Below are positions 11,801-25,400 of a DNA stretch of 42,807 nt, piece by piece. Location of the stretch: assembly GCF_001194135.2 (NCBI RefSeq), contig NC_068991.1, positions 292,338 to 335,144 of the forward strand, read 5' to 3'. The translations under genes were made by a program, and so were the position numbers. The notes under the pieces were generated by a model, which had not been told where the DNA came from, did not search any database, and saw nothing but the letters and a program-made list of their open reading frames with translations. Position 1 is the stretch's first letter, and every line of letters begins with the position of its first letter. The stretch is from Octopus bimaculoides. Its lineage: Eukaryota.

Positions 11801-14800
11801 TATGTGACCATCCTTCCTGAAATATTGGCAAATAAACTATTAGCTGTCATTACTGGCAGACACAGTTGACCTTGTCAACATCTTGCTGAATCCATGCCCC
11901 AGTCCACCTAGCTGTAAATAGGCACCGGTGACTTAAATGTAAATGTGCAATTGACTCTTGCGTTCCTCTGGGGACATGTATCCCTTAACTACATCAGGTG
12001 ACATCATCACATGTATCATATTTATAGAGAGATAGATTTAGATACACATGCATCCTCCATGTTATAGTTTCTCAGGTTACAGGATTTTATGGTCTGAAAT
12101 TTTGCCCTTTATTGAAAGTTGAGTAAACTTTAATAATTTATTAAAAATGACACATTTTTCATTGCCAAAAGGCCACTTCCTCAAAGACTCCTTAATTAGA
12201 AAAACTATAATCACAATATATACATTGTATGTGTTTGTCCTTTCCCTCGTCTATATATAAATACTTGTAATTAGAGGTGCACTTAGCAGCATTCAATGAA
12301 ATCTAATTATGTATAGTTGTATCTCCTATGCTTATGATGTATATTCAGCTACAGAAACACAACACACTTCACAAATTGAATTCTCCTTATTGTAGACACT
12401 ATGGATGCAAAGACACAAACTGGCCAGGAATTGTCTGCTGCAGGATGTATGTCTCTGCTACATAGAATGAGTTGGTTATAGCGACTAAGCATTGGTTGCT
12501 GAATAAATTAGAGGTAAGACGCTTATGGACCAGTGACCATAATTCCTGGCTTAGTGGTGGATTTCTTAAGACAATTTGTGCAGCATGTCTTTCCATTTGC
12601 ATGCCAGAAATTGCCATCTGCTGATGGCTAAAAACATGTAGACTTTTATGCTGCTGGTGACAAAATATTTTGGGAGAGAAAAAGGAAGAGTTATCTCCCA
12701 TCGATTGGTGAAGTGAGGCTGTGTGTGTGCAGAGCATTGCTCTCTGGACATGACCTTGTTGCCAAAATGAATGTGAGAGTAGCATCCCAAAATTTTCTCA
12801 GATGCCCAGGGTTTGTCTATTGGTAGGAGATAGTTTCTGTTACCTAGGCAACCTAATTAGCAGTGGAGAGGGATGTTCTGAGATTATAATTGCTAGAGTA
12901 AGAATAGGACGGTGAAAGTCAAGGAGTTATTACGTCTGGGTCACAAAAAGGCAGATTATATGATGCTGGTACATATAAACAGTAAACTTGCATGGTAACG
13001 AGACCTGGACGCTCAATGCAGAGGGAAAGACTAGAAAAGAACGAAGCTGACAAGTTCTGATGGATATGCAACAGAGAGTATGGTCATGTGGTGTGTATGG
13101 CTGAGTATAGCTGCATAAACAAGGTCCCAATAGTTTAAGGTGAATGGAATTTGTAGAAGAAGGAGAGAAAGTATAGAGAGGGCTAAGGACTGAGATGGTT
13201 AGTATTTTGCTGCACTCAATTTTTAAAGATGCTTAAACATTAGCATGGCTTATATTAAAAACAAAACAAGAACACTGTGTTATGCAATACATCTTACCAT
13301 ACGCTCTATGAAAATAACTTGTGATGTGGCTGCTATTTCTTGTTGTTCAACCAAGAACTATGTACTTTAGTAAAACACTTACTTCTTTTCTTCTTTGTTA
13401 GTTGTTTGTCTTGCATTGTCTCCACCAAACAGAGTCTCACTGAATCATTTTTGGATATCTTTTCAGTTACTTTCACCCAATCATTACATTGAAATATAAA
13501 TCTGATGGGCAGCAAACAGAAAAAATATTGAATGTTAAACAAGTTTAGAAATTCTTTTTGTTCTTGATAAACGAAGTGTTTAAACCCTTCCGCATAAAGT
13601 TTAGTGAGATTTCTGCATCAGACTGAATTAATTTTATCACACACACACACACATACACATATATATATATATACACGTATATATATACAATCTTATATAT
13701 GCAGAGGCAACAGATGAGGTTGAGAGAACCTCAGTATAGAACCTACACTTAGTAACATCGATCAAATGATTTGAACTTGCACTCTGATATTCTTACCAAG
13801 GACCAAGTCATCAAGGTTAAAGAGTGGCCATAGGGGTGGTAAGGGGACCAGCTAGTTAGTGTTGCAGATCATTCGGTCATTTTGGGAACAAACTCTATGG
13901 AACCAGCAGCACACCATGAAACCCATCCGAATGACAACGTTTCCATTGAAGTTGCCAAACATGAAGAATAAGGCTGCTGCCATTTGTAACTGAGGCAGTT
14001 GACAAAAAGGCTTTTGTAAATTTGATAATTTTGTTTGGCAGTTTCAGTTGAGGAGCATAAGCAGACATAATAGACGCTGTACTACTTTACAAAACTAGTC
14101 TCAGCATCCCATTGCACCTTCTGGCGATCTGGATCACTTTATCCAAACATTTATCAGCTAAAAGTATGCCCACATCAGCTATCCAATCCCCATTGCCTTC
14201 TCAGAAGATTTTATACGTATGTTCTTTGCCTGTGAGGAACTTGGTTGAGGCTCCCCTCCAACTCACTTCTTGAAGACAAGGCACATTTACACACCTTCTG
14301 GCTTCTACTAATCTCACCAGATGTCTGTAAAGGTTCGCATGGATCAGCATGGAAAGCAGATGTTAAACGACGCCGATGATGTTTGTTAGTAGGCATATCA
14401 TGTCAGTTTGTTCTAAAATTTAATTTACCATTATGTAATCGTTTCACTCTTGTTGCCTCGACCAGAAAAGGGTGCGATAAGCAACTTCTGTTTATACAAA
14501 GATAAATAATAACTGATGAATTAATTATCTGACTGGTAAGTATCCTTAACTCACATTTCTGATATGGGTGGTGTTTACAATATAAAAGGCATAGCTAACA
14601 CCCTTTGCATTTTCAGGGCAGAGACAGGGTATTGATGAAGGGGGAAGAAATAAAGAATATGATCTGGTTCACATTAAAGAAGCAGCAGACAAGACTCCAT
14701 TTGAATTCCATTAAAGATGATGCAAGTTGTGAAAGCTAAATATTACACCATCTTTAATGGAATTCAAATTAATTGAAAACAAAATCAATATTTGACATTA

Positions 14801-17800
14801 ATTAATGAAGTGTTGTATAGAATATTGAAACAATATTGTGTACATGTTGGCTGTAGCTTCATCAATCACTGTAATTTGATCGCACAGCCAGAAGTTAGAG
14901 ACAGAAGGTCTATGTGCTGATGATGATGATGACGTTCCAGTATGGAATATAGCTCCTAAGTAACAGCTCTTTATCTCACCAACAGGTGGACAAGTGAAAG
15001 TAAATCCATCGGTCTTTCCTCTGAAATAATAATAATAATAATAACAATAATAATAATAATAATAATAATGGTTTCAAATTTTAGCCAGCAATTTCAGGGA
15101 AGGGATAAATTGATATTACTCACCCCAGATGAAAGTAAAGTTGACCTTGCTGGAATTTGAACTCAGAACATAATTTATCGACCCCCAAAAGATGAAAAGC
15201 AAAGCCAACGTTGGCAGAATTGGAACTCAGAATGTAAAATAAGAAGAAATACTGCTAAGCATTTTGCCGAATGTGTTAACGATTCTTCCAGCTCACCACC
15301 TTACCAATAATAATAATAATCTTTTCTACTAAAGGCACAAGGCCTGAAATTTGGGGTAGGGGTGTATTCGATGACACTGACCCCAGAAGGATGCAAGGCA
15401 AAGTTGACCTTGGCAGAATTTGAACTCAGAACGTAAAGATGAAATGCTGCTAAGCATTTTGCCTGGCGTGCTAACGATTCTGCCAGCTCATCACCTTAAT
15501 AATAATAATCCTTTTTACAAAAGGCACAAGGCTTGAAATTTTGGGGAAGGGGACTGGTCAATAACACTGACCGCAGTGTTTCACTGGTACTTAATTTATT
15601 GACCCCCAAAAGGATGAAAGGCATAGTCCACCTTGGCAGAATTTGAATTCAGAATGTAAAGACGGATGAAATGCCATGAAGCATTTTGCTTGGTGTGTTA
15701 ATGGTTTCAGCCAGCTCATTACCGCAATAATAATAATGACAATAATAGAGAGGTTGTATAGTGTGGTCAGTAACAGCTTGCATGATTTGTGGGAGATATT
15801 GATACTATTTTTGTAGGTCAAGCTACCACATAGAAGCTTGACTTAGTGGTTCAATGTCAAAAATACTTTCTGCAAATATCAACAACCAAATTATTTGTTG
15901 CAATGAAACTTGGATAAAATCTTACTTTTGGAAAAATTTTCCCTCAGAATTTTTGATTTTCTCAATGATATAAGTTGTTTGTTTGTCTCCTTCCAAAATA
16001 AACCAAACATCATCAGAAATACTGGCATCTTTCTGGTCTGATGTTGTGATGAGAATTCGGTAATCTGGAAGATAAAACAAGAAGATCTGATGTAATGCAT
16101 TTGTTGGCCTCAATATTTGACTGTTAATATGAGGGAACAATTGCTTGGTTGATGTTAGGAAGAGTGTCCAGTCATAGAAACCATGCCAAAACAGACATGG
16201 AACCCAGGCAGCACTCCAGCTGGTCACCTCCTGCCAAACTGTCCAACCCATGCCAGCATGGAAAATGTTTTCCCTCCACACATCAAACACACCAGTCTAA
16301 AATCCTATTCAAATGCTATGGGCACTGACTATCTTCCATGGATTAAACAATAACCCCTAATTTTGATCCAGGCCATAAACTTAATGTCTGTCGTAATGCT
16401 ACATGGCCATATATTTTGGTGCCAGGCTTGAGTAAATTACATTCCTCACCAACCCCAGTATTTCACTGATGTTATTTTATCAACACTTGAAGCCAGGTTA
16501 TAAAGCTGTAATATGTCCATATTTATGTGTGTCTTTAATCAGATCCAATTTTCCTTATCATTGTATAGTTGCTAAGACAACAAAATCTATGAAGTATACA
16601 TACCTTGTTTCTTTTTATAGCTATGGTTTGCTGTAGCATGGTCTGTATCATATCCAATAGGGATACACTTCTGTTGGAAATTGAGCAATTCTTGGTGTGT
16701 ATACTTCCTGTAGCTCCTGGCTTCTCCAATGAAAATATACGATATTACAGCACAGATATCAAATCAAGACATTTAATGGAGTGAATGTAGCTACATATGA
16801 CAGGAATTGAACCAGTGATTTGTGGCTCGCAACATCAGCAATGAATGATGTTATGGATGAAGACTTAGAGAGAAGTAAAGATAAACAGAACTGTTGTTGT
16901 TTTGCTAACCATTTTGTAGAGTATACTGAGGGCTTTTTATGTGGCACCAACACCTGTGAGGTAATCAAGTAACTCACTGGACAAGACCCTTTAAATGAAG
17001 AGGGGGGGGGCTCACTGAGTGTGGCCAATCATGACTATCGGTTGAAAGGAAAGATGGAGGAAGTAGGATTGGGTCGGGGAGGAGGTAAGAGGTTAGGGTG
17101 TTCAAGGGATGATGTCAGGTTTGTAAGGGGTAAATAGTGGGAGACAAATGGGAGAAGGCTTCATTGACAAAATGAAGTGGGGTACCAAGGAAAAAGGGTA
17201 GTGAAGAGGGAGTTTTGGGGGAAAATAAGGGGTGGGACTGAAAATGTATGAGGCAAAGGAAGTGAGGAGGAGGAATGGAATGCAGTTCTGTTCTCTGAAT
17301 GAATGGTGTCGTAGTTAGAAGAGTGAGGATGGAGAGTGTGTTAGGAGGAGATTCATGAGGAACAGATTGAATGTAGAAGCATAGGTGGAATGCTTTTAGG
17401 GCCTCATTTTTACTTATTTATACTCAGAACCACATTAATAGCTTAGGAGTGAAATTTAGGATTTCTTGGTTTTCTGTGAATCTATTTTGATAAAACTTTT
17501 CCCACCTGATTTCCATGTTATGGCAACACCGTTGTTGTGTTTCCATTATTCTGTGAAACGTCCTTTCTTTTTCATTTCAGATTCTTCAGTTTTTGGGTGA
17601 ACCACACTAATGGCATCTCTCTGCTCTAAGAACAATGGGACATGGAAAAGGCCCTTAACGATGAAGAAAGGTTTTCTGTTAAACATATACTCAATGTATG
17701 CTTCATATATATATCATTACCCTTCATTTCCTGAAAAAAAAATGTCTCGATGGGTTATCTTCATTCAAAAGCTATTAGTGCAGTTCACCCCAGAAGAATC

Positions 17801-20800
17801 TGAAATAAAAAAAAACGAAAGGACATTACACATAAGAATGGTGTTGCCATAGTGTGCAAAGAAGCTGGGAAAAGTTTTATCAAAATCGATTCACAGAAAA
17901 CTGAGAAATCCTAAATTTCACTCCTAAGCTATTAAATGTGGTTGTGGGTGTATATTCATAACCACATATGTATTTATCCCATTCTACATGTAACTGTATA
18001 CATGATTGAAGTTATATACACTTCCGTCTAAATTGCTGACCTTGTGCCAAAATTTGAAGCCAATATCCTAAACTCTTTACAGGCAAACACTTACGTAACT
18101 TGTGTAAAAGTTGGTCTGTTGTAGAATCTTCTTTGTGGTTTCTGTGCTGAGTCTCTGCTGTTGATTCTTGAATGATTGATGTCTCGACAAGCAGCATCCT
18201 TTCTGTTAATTGGTCATCTTCGTCCTCTGCCAACCATTGGTTGCATGGAAATACAAAAGTCTTGGAACTCTACAGCACAATAAAACAATGGATATAGCAA
18301 AGTACAATAAATATGTTTTGATGGGAATAAAATAAATGTTTTTTTTTACCTTTCCAGAAGAAATTAACTTTCGAACTTCAACTTTAGCAAGATACCAGCC
18401 AGCTCCAAAACCAGAGCCATCATGACCAATGCGAATTTTTTCAACATCATCTCCAATATTTTCCATCTTATAAAATAAGAAAAGATAATTTCATGGTTGA
18501 ACACTAAAAACCATTTACATTTCTCATATCAAATATATAAACCCCAACATTTATTCAAAATGATATGTTTGAAAAAAAAGAACAGAGATTTATAAGATGC
18601 ACGGCAACTGAGAGTTTGTGCAAGACTAGTTGCTAGGAGAAGGTGCAGTCAGACGGGAGGTGATGGAGTGAATGAGAGGAGGAGGAGGAGGAGATGAATA
18701 GGTTGAAGAGAAGTTAGACAGGAGGTGTATTTAATGAAAAGAAGTGCAAAATAACAGGTTTGTTAATGTATGATGTGAGGATGAGAGGAGAGATTTCAGT
18801 GAGAATCAAAACGTTTAGTGGGGGTAGGGGGTGGAGGTGGAAAGTTTGGATTCTGAGCTTCACTGAACCTGGTTGTGCCTTCAAGTTAGATGCAAGTGTA
18901 TAGAAGAGAAGTAGTATGGAGAATTGGATAGAATGAGTGGATTTTATATTCATCCGGAAAACAAGACAGACAGAAGCTTGTTAATGCTAATGTCCCTGCA
19001 AAGAATGTATTATTTGGTTGACACACAGGGCAACAAAGAACCATAACATAAATGACAAGTGGGAATAGTGACTTGTCCAGTCAGCCAAGCAGAGAAGAGA
19101 GAGAGATGTGCAATAGCTATAACCATGAACTACTGCAAGGGCAAAGGAGATGTTCTAGAAAGAAGCAACTGTAAATTGACCAGGTTATGAAAAGAGCAGA
19201 GTTTTAGCACAACTGACTGGGAAGAAAATCACTTTCAATGCCATGCACTTTGCTTTATGCCAAAACGGAATACCAATGGTTTCCGCTTTCAAATGAGATA
19301 GCTACACAAGAAATCTCTAGACTACATCTCATATTTGTTGAAATGGAGAAGTTTGTAACAAGGTATCATGATGTGATCGAGTGGTGAGTAAGAAACTAGG
19401 TGATGCGAGTCATGCACAGAGATGCTGTCAGAAAGGTGAAGGATTTAGTGTGCAGGTAAGAGTTTATTGAAATTTGCTTCACCACTCTCTCCAGTTCATT
19501 ATAATTCTTCAGGCCTTAACAAAAGAGATTAACACTGTGATAATCCACGGGAACTCCTGTATATCAACAGCTTAATTCTCACTCCTGAATCTGTAACAAA
19601 AAAAAAAAAACTGAAAGAAATTCCAAGCATGGCCTCAAAAGGCCTCACTGCAAACCCAGCAGTAAACAGAAAAGAAGACCGAACTCTTGTGTCTCTTCAA
19701 TAACTGGAACAAAAGTTGGTGTGTGTCGGTGATTCTGCACTTCTTGGAAAACAAGATTGATAAGTAAATATAAGTTTGAGTTAATCCAGAATTTTGGATT
19801 ATCTGGCCCTAAGAGGTTGATATTAACCAGTACTAGAATATATTGGTGTCTTGGAGATATTGTATGTTAAGATGAGATAAATGGAAATAGAAAATTTGGT
19901 ATCTCTACAGACACTTACCTCTAAAATAAATTTATCTACAGCATTTCTTCTGAATTTCTGTTTTCTCTCATTTTTCGTGAGACACAGAGGCTTTTGTTGT
20001 GTTCTCTTGTCTTTACTGTAGAGGGCAATGTAGACATTGGCATCTGTGGAAGCCTGAGCAACATCTCCAGTGTATGTGGTTATTTCATATGGGATATCTG
20101 ATGAGGGACAGTAAAGACAGGGGAAAGAATCAGAATTATTTCAACATTTCTGAATGAAATTAGCAGGAATCGTGTCACGAATAAAAAACAGTGAAACCGG
20201 GGGAAATAAAAAAGATTTCTCTTTTTTAAATATTCGCACCTGTCGATACATTTGTAGGTGTGGTATAGAAACAAATACAGGTGTTGTATAGGTGCAAGGA
20301 TGGCTATGTGGTTAAGAAGTTTGATTCCCAGCCACATGGTTTTGGGTTCAGTCCTGCTGCCTAGCACCTTGGGCAAGTGACTTCTATGTCCTCAGGCTGA
20401 CCAAAGCTTCATGAATAGAGTTGGTTGATTGAAACTGAAAGTCTGTCACACACACACACACACACACACACAGGTATAGCCCAGCCTTCCTACACAACAC
20501 ATAGACTCTAACTAAATTTACTCTATGACTTGAGTGATCTCAATCATTGAAGTGAACCTAGCTAAGAGTTGAATTCAGACAATCAAGAAATCTAACTAAA
20601 GACCACAAAGGTAATTTGCATTACGCTCCACAGGTTCTAATCTTCCACAACCAATGACGAAAGAGCCTCTATGTGGTTACTTCACCTGCTAGAAATAGTA
20701 TCAAATGTCTCTCAAATCACACTCAACATCTTAAATAAGGAAAAAAATTCATTAGTTAATGTAGTCCAAGACAGTCCTGAAAAAGTGGAGAGGTCAAAAC

Positions 20801-22372
20801 TGGAATGTCTTTGATCAAATCCTGATTGAGCAGAGGCTAAACAAGAACAACCACAATATTTAATGGATAAACAAATCTCCAGATGCGTTCTTATTTCTTG
20901 GCCAGTTGTACTTACACGGAATATAGTCCGAAGACAATGGCTGAGGATAAAGTTCCCTCTCCAACAGACCATCATCTTCACCTTTTGCCAACCAACGACC
21001 ACAGGGGAAGTTCCAAGTCTTTCCAAGAGAAGGACAGTCAAAGATAACTTTATCAAGACACCATGCACTTCCCAGTCCAGTGTCATCATGGCCGATTCTG
21101 TGGAGAGAGAGAGAGAGAGAGGAAGATAGATAGATATAGTTTGTTACACAAATTCTACATTGTTAGACACACTGCTGCTGTTTATCATAGAGTTCATTAG
21201 AAACAGATGTGTGTATTGACAATGCTATGTAATCCCTGTTATAATACAGCTGTTGTATATAATATATTTGTGTCTAATCATGACTGTTTGCTGTAATATC
21301 TTTTGTGATGTTTGTTGTACAGAGACCAAGAAATATTTTACATATTTTTATTTTAAATACATTATTTATCTGTAGCAGTTTATTAAAAAAGCTCAATATT
21401 TTATATATAGCAAATTGTTACAACACACCTGGATGGTGGTAATAACTACTGCTGAAGTATAGGTTATAGTACCAACAAATTATAGTATAGATTATTGTAT
21501 CAACACACTATACCACTGGTACATGTAGGGCTGTAGTTGCCTGTAATGTGGTAACCTAGCAACACCTGTTGAGATATTTGTGGTCGACCTTTATCTCATG
21601 GCTGTTAAATCCTTCATTTCAAAAGGTCATAACTACATAAACAGAAGGTTGGAAGTTAAATTAGCAGACGATATTGCCAGGAATGAGTTACTAACCAATC
21701 CAAAGGCATAGTCTTCAGTGATATGAGAGTTATTATAAGAGTAAAATTTGATATGGAACTTACTTGATTTTCTGAAGTTCTCCAGTATCAATGACTTCAA
21801 TAATGAATTCATCAATTTGGTTTCGTTCAAACTTGTTGCTGTTTGTAATTGAAGATTTTAACAATATTTTTCCTGGAAACACAACCAGAAGCAGACAAAA
21901 CCTCAAACATCATCCACTGTTCTTAACAGCAAGTAATCACACAACAGCCTTAGCAGCACACTACAGCTGTAACAATCACTGATCACAGGAAGAATCGATC
22001 CAAGGATAACAAGTCTGACAACCTCTATTTACTCTTCCCACCTTGAAATTCTGTGAGAAATTTCTTGGATCAAAGGACAACATAGAATTATGGATTCGTT
22101 TTTAAAATTTTATTTGGTGACCCCAGTCAAGACACAGAGAACTCCTCTTATGATCCTACATCATCACACTGGGCTCCGAATCAAACATCACAGCTTTACT
22201 CTCAGAGATCTGAACCCTGGGGCAAATTATCACAAAGTTTACCGTTTCAAAACTAACCAATATCAACCTGTGTGTGTGCCATGTGTATGGCGTTGTCTGC
22301 TGAGCACTCTATTCCTCAGTATCCCAGTCAGGTAGAGGAAGCATTGGTAGCTTGACATCAACTGAGATTGAC

Positions 22373-22413
<41 letters not shown>

Positions 22414-25400
22414 ATCATTCATGTACCATTTCAATGGGCTGAACACACACACATGCATGAATGCAAACACACACACACACACACGTGTATGTGCAAACAT
22501 TCAACATACGTACTTACAAGCAGACAAACCCACAGTGAAATATTAAGACACAAAAAAAAGAAAAAAAACTCAATGTTATTGACCTGTGTTGGCAGAGCTG
22601 AGGATTTGATTGCTTACCAGAGTTATCCAGGTGTCCATACAGAATCACATAGACGTTTGCATCAGTCCCAGCTCCCCATCTATCAGCAGTGTGCACCTTC
22701 ACATGGTAGGTGGTGGTCAGAGCTGTAACACATTCAAAGAGACTCACAGCAATTTATGAAGATTAATATGAGAATTTCTGTAGATTTGGAATGTATGGAG
22801 GGTAGGCATGAAAGGGAGAGGGAGGAATGATGAGTTTAGGGTAGAATGGTTACCGAGAAATAGTATGGTAGACATGTACTATAGTAGCTACTCAGAAATA
22901 TAGTACAGCTGTTGGTACTGAAGGGTATAATTTGAAAACTGTAGTAAGTAATTGCATTGTAGCTACTGCAAGCTATAGAGATCACAACGGGGCTTGTGAT
23001 GGCAAACTGGATAAAACAACCAAGCAACCAGATTCGATCTCTTTCCACTGCAAACGCTCGCACAGCACACTTCACTGGCTGGGCCTCTAGGCTAATCCGC
23101 TTGTTGTATCTCTTGAGGCAATGGCCCACGTAACGGAAAACGACAAATTCACACTGCTTGAGATGGCTACAGAGAGCAACACACTTTCACCCTTGTGCAC
23201 AGAATAAATAAAACCGTTTGAGAACCTGCGTTTTGCTTGATACTTCTTTACTCGACTGCTGGAACCTTAAGCAACATGAAGAACAAGAAATTAATGGGAG
23301 AAGGTGATATTCAGCCGATATTGAGAACTTTGCCTCCCATTATATAGTTAGGACTGTTTGCTATATATTTATACCATTCAACAAACATTAACCTAGAAAT
23401 ACCGGAAAGATTAAATTATTTTCATGTTAAACCTTTTACTTCCAGACCAAGTTGTGTTTTTAAAGATTCTGGCTCATTCTTCAATAATTTCTTCTTCAGA
23501 GATGCCTTCACTGGAACCAGTTCCCTCACAATTTGTCCGTCACCTTCATTGGTTGCTAACCACCATTGACAAGGGAAAAATGTTCTGCAAAAAAAAAAAC
23601 CAAAAAAAAAATCCAGTAAACAAAGCAACCCCAAAAACTAAAAATTTTGGAAACTTTGACAAAAATCTCTGAGCCAAGAATAACAGAAATAATATATACA
23701 GTAAAACTGTGTGTCAGGGTGCATGTGTGTGTGAGTGTATATATGTACTTGTCTACTGTGTGGATGTAAAGGTATGTATGCATATATANNNNNNNNNNNN
23801 NNNNNNNNNNNNNNNNNNNNNNNNNNNNNNNNNNNNNNNNNNNNNNNNNNNNNNNNNNNNNNNNNNNNNNNNNNNNNNNNNNNNNNNNNNNNNNNNNNNN
23901 NNNNNNNNNNNNNNNNNNNNNNNNNNNNNNNNNNNNNNNNNNNNNNNNNNNNNNNNNNNNNNNNNNNNNNNNNNNNNNNNNNNNNNNNNNNNNNNNNNNN
24001 NNNNNNNNNNNNNNNNNNNNNNNNNNNNNNNNNNNNNNNNNNNNNNNNNNNNNNNNNNNNNNNNNNNNNNNNNNNNNNNNNNNNNNNNNNNNNNNNNNNN
24101 NNNNNNNNNNNNNNNNNNNNNNNNNNNNNNNNNNNNNNNNNNNNNNNNNNNNNNNNNNNNNNNNNNNNNNNNNNNNNNNNNNNNNNNNNNNNNNNNNNNN
24201 NNNNNNNNNNNNNNNNNNNNNNNNNNNNNNNNNNNNNNNNNNNNNNNNNNNNNNNNNNNNNNNNNNNNNNNNNNNNNNNNNNNNNNNNNNNNNNNNNNNN
24301 NNNNNNNNNNNNNNNNNNNNNNNNNNNNNNNNNNNNNNNNNNNNNNNNNNNNNNNNNNNNNNNNNNNNNNNNNNNNNNNNNNNNNNNNNNNNNNNNNNNN
24401 NNNNNNNNNNNNNNNNNNNNNNNNNNNNNNNNNNNNNNNNNNNNNNNNNNNNNNNNNNNNNNNNNNNNNNNNNNNNNNNNNNNNNNNNNNNNNNNNNNNN
24501 NNNNNNNNNNNNNNNNNNNNNNNNNNNNNNNNNNNNNNNNNNNNNNNNNNNNNNNNNNNNNNNNNNNNNNNNNNNNNNNNNNNNNNNNNNNNNNNNNNNN
24601 NNNNNNNNNNNNNNNNNNNNNNNNNNNNNNATAAAAGACACCATTTCAAGTGTGGCCGTTTTCGTGCGGGTGACACGTAAAAGCACCCACTACACACTCT
24701 GAGTGGTTGGCGTTAGGAAGGGCATCCAGCTGTAGAAACTCTGCCAAATTAGACTGGAGCCTGGTGTTGCCATCCGGTTTCACCAGTCCTCAGTCAAATC
24801 GTCCAACCCATGCTAGCATGGAAAGCGGACGTTAAACGATGATGATGATGATGATGATGTATGTACTTGAGTTTGTGTGTATGTATGTATGTATGCATGT
24901 GCATAAGTATGTTATTTCAGTATGTCTGTGCATGCATGTATATGAATGTATATGTGTATTTATGTATGTATCTGTATACATTTTGTCACTTCATCTGTTG
25001 CTCACCGCACACTCTTGCAAACTTCTGTCCCCACCCCTTCCCTTCTAGCCCCTTTTATGTTGAGATTATGTCCCAACAACTCATCATCACCAGCTTCTTC
25101 TCTCCTTTTCCAATTGCAGTAGACAAGTATCTCCGCTACAGCAAGACACCTCTTCCTATCCCTTCATCATACCCTAACCTCTTGTCAAAGTCCCCTCCCC
25201 TCGATCAAAGTGTCCTGTCTTGCAAGCCACTTGCGAACCTCACTCGTGCTGGTGACTTGGACAAGCAACCATCATGTGTTGTAAAGTGGTTGTCATTAGG
25301 AAGGGCATCCAACACTTGAAACCATGCCAAAGCAGCTGTCTGACTTGCTGGATCCTGTGAAACTGTCCAAACCATGCCAGCATAGATGCTAACTGATGAT

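Noticed and set aside
13740-14320. Possible Tc1-like transposase remnant on the minus strand
   Set aside because: Only faint resemblance to QQD and WP..SPD motifs and no TIRs; not supportable.
16760-17400. Purine-rich blocks (also 18600-19460, 33400-33740, 38630-38760) as coding or triplex elements
   Set aside because: No interpretable ORF or motif; most likely old retroelement debris that I cannot classify.
21161-21564. Second TG..CA-bounded block resembling a solo LTR
   Set aside because: No target-site duplication and only vague similarity to 22847-23276.
23556-24697. Long ORFs in the track spanning N runs (also 6736-7679, 8139-8543, 10246-10498)
   Set aside because: Artefacts of translating gaps as X.
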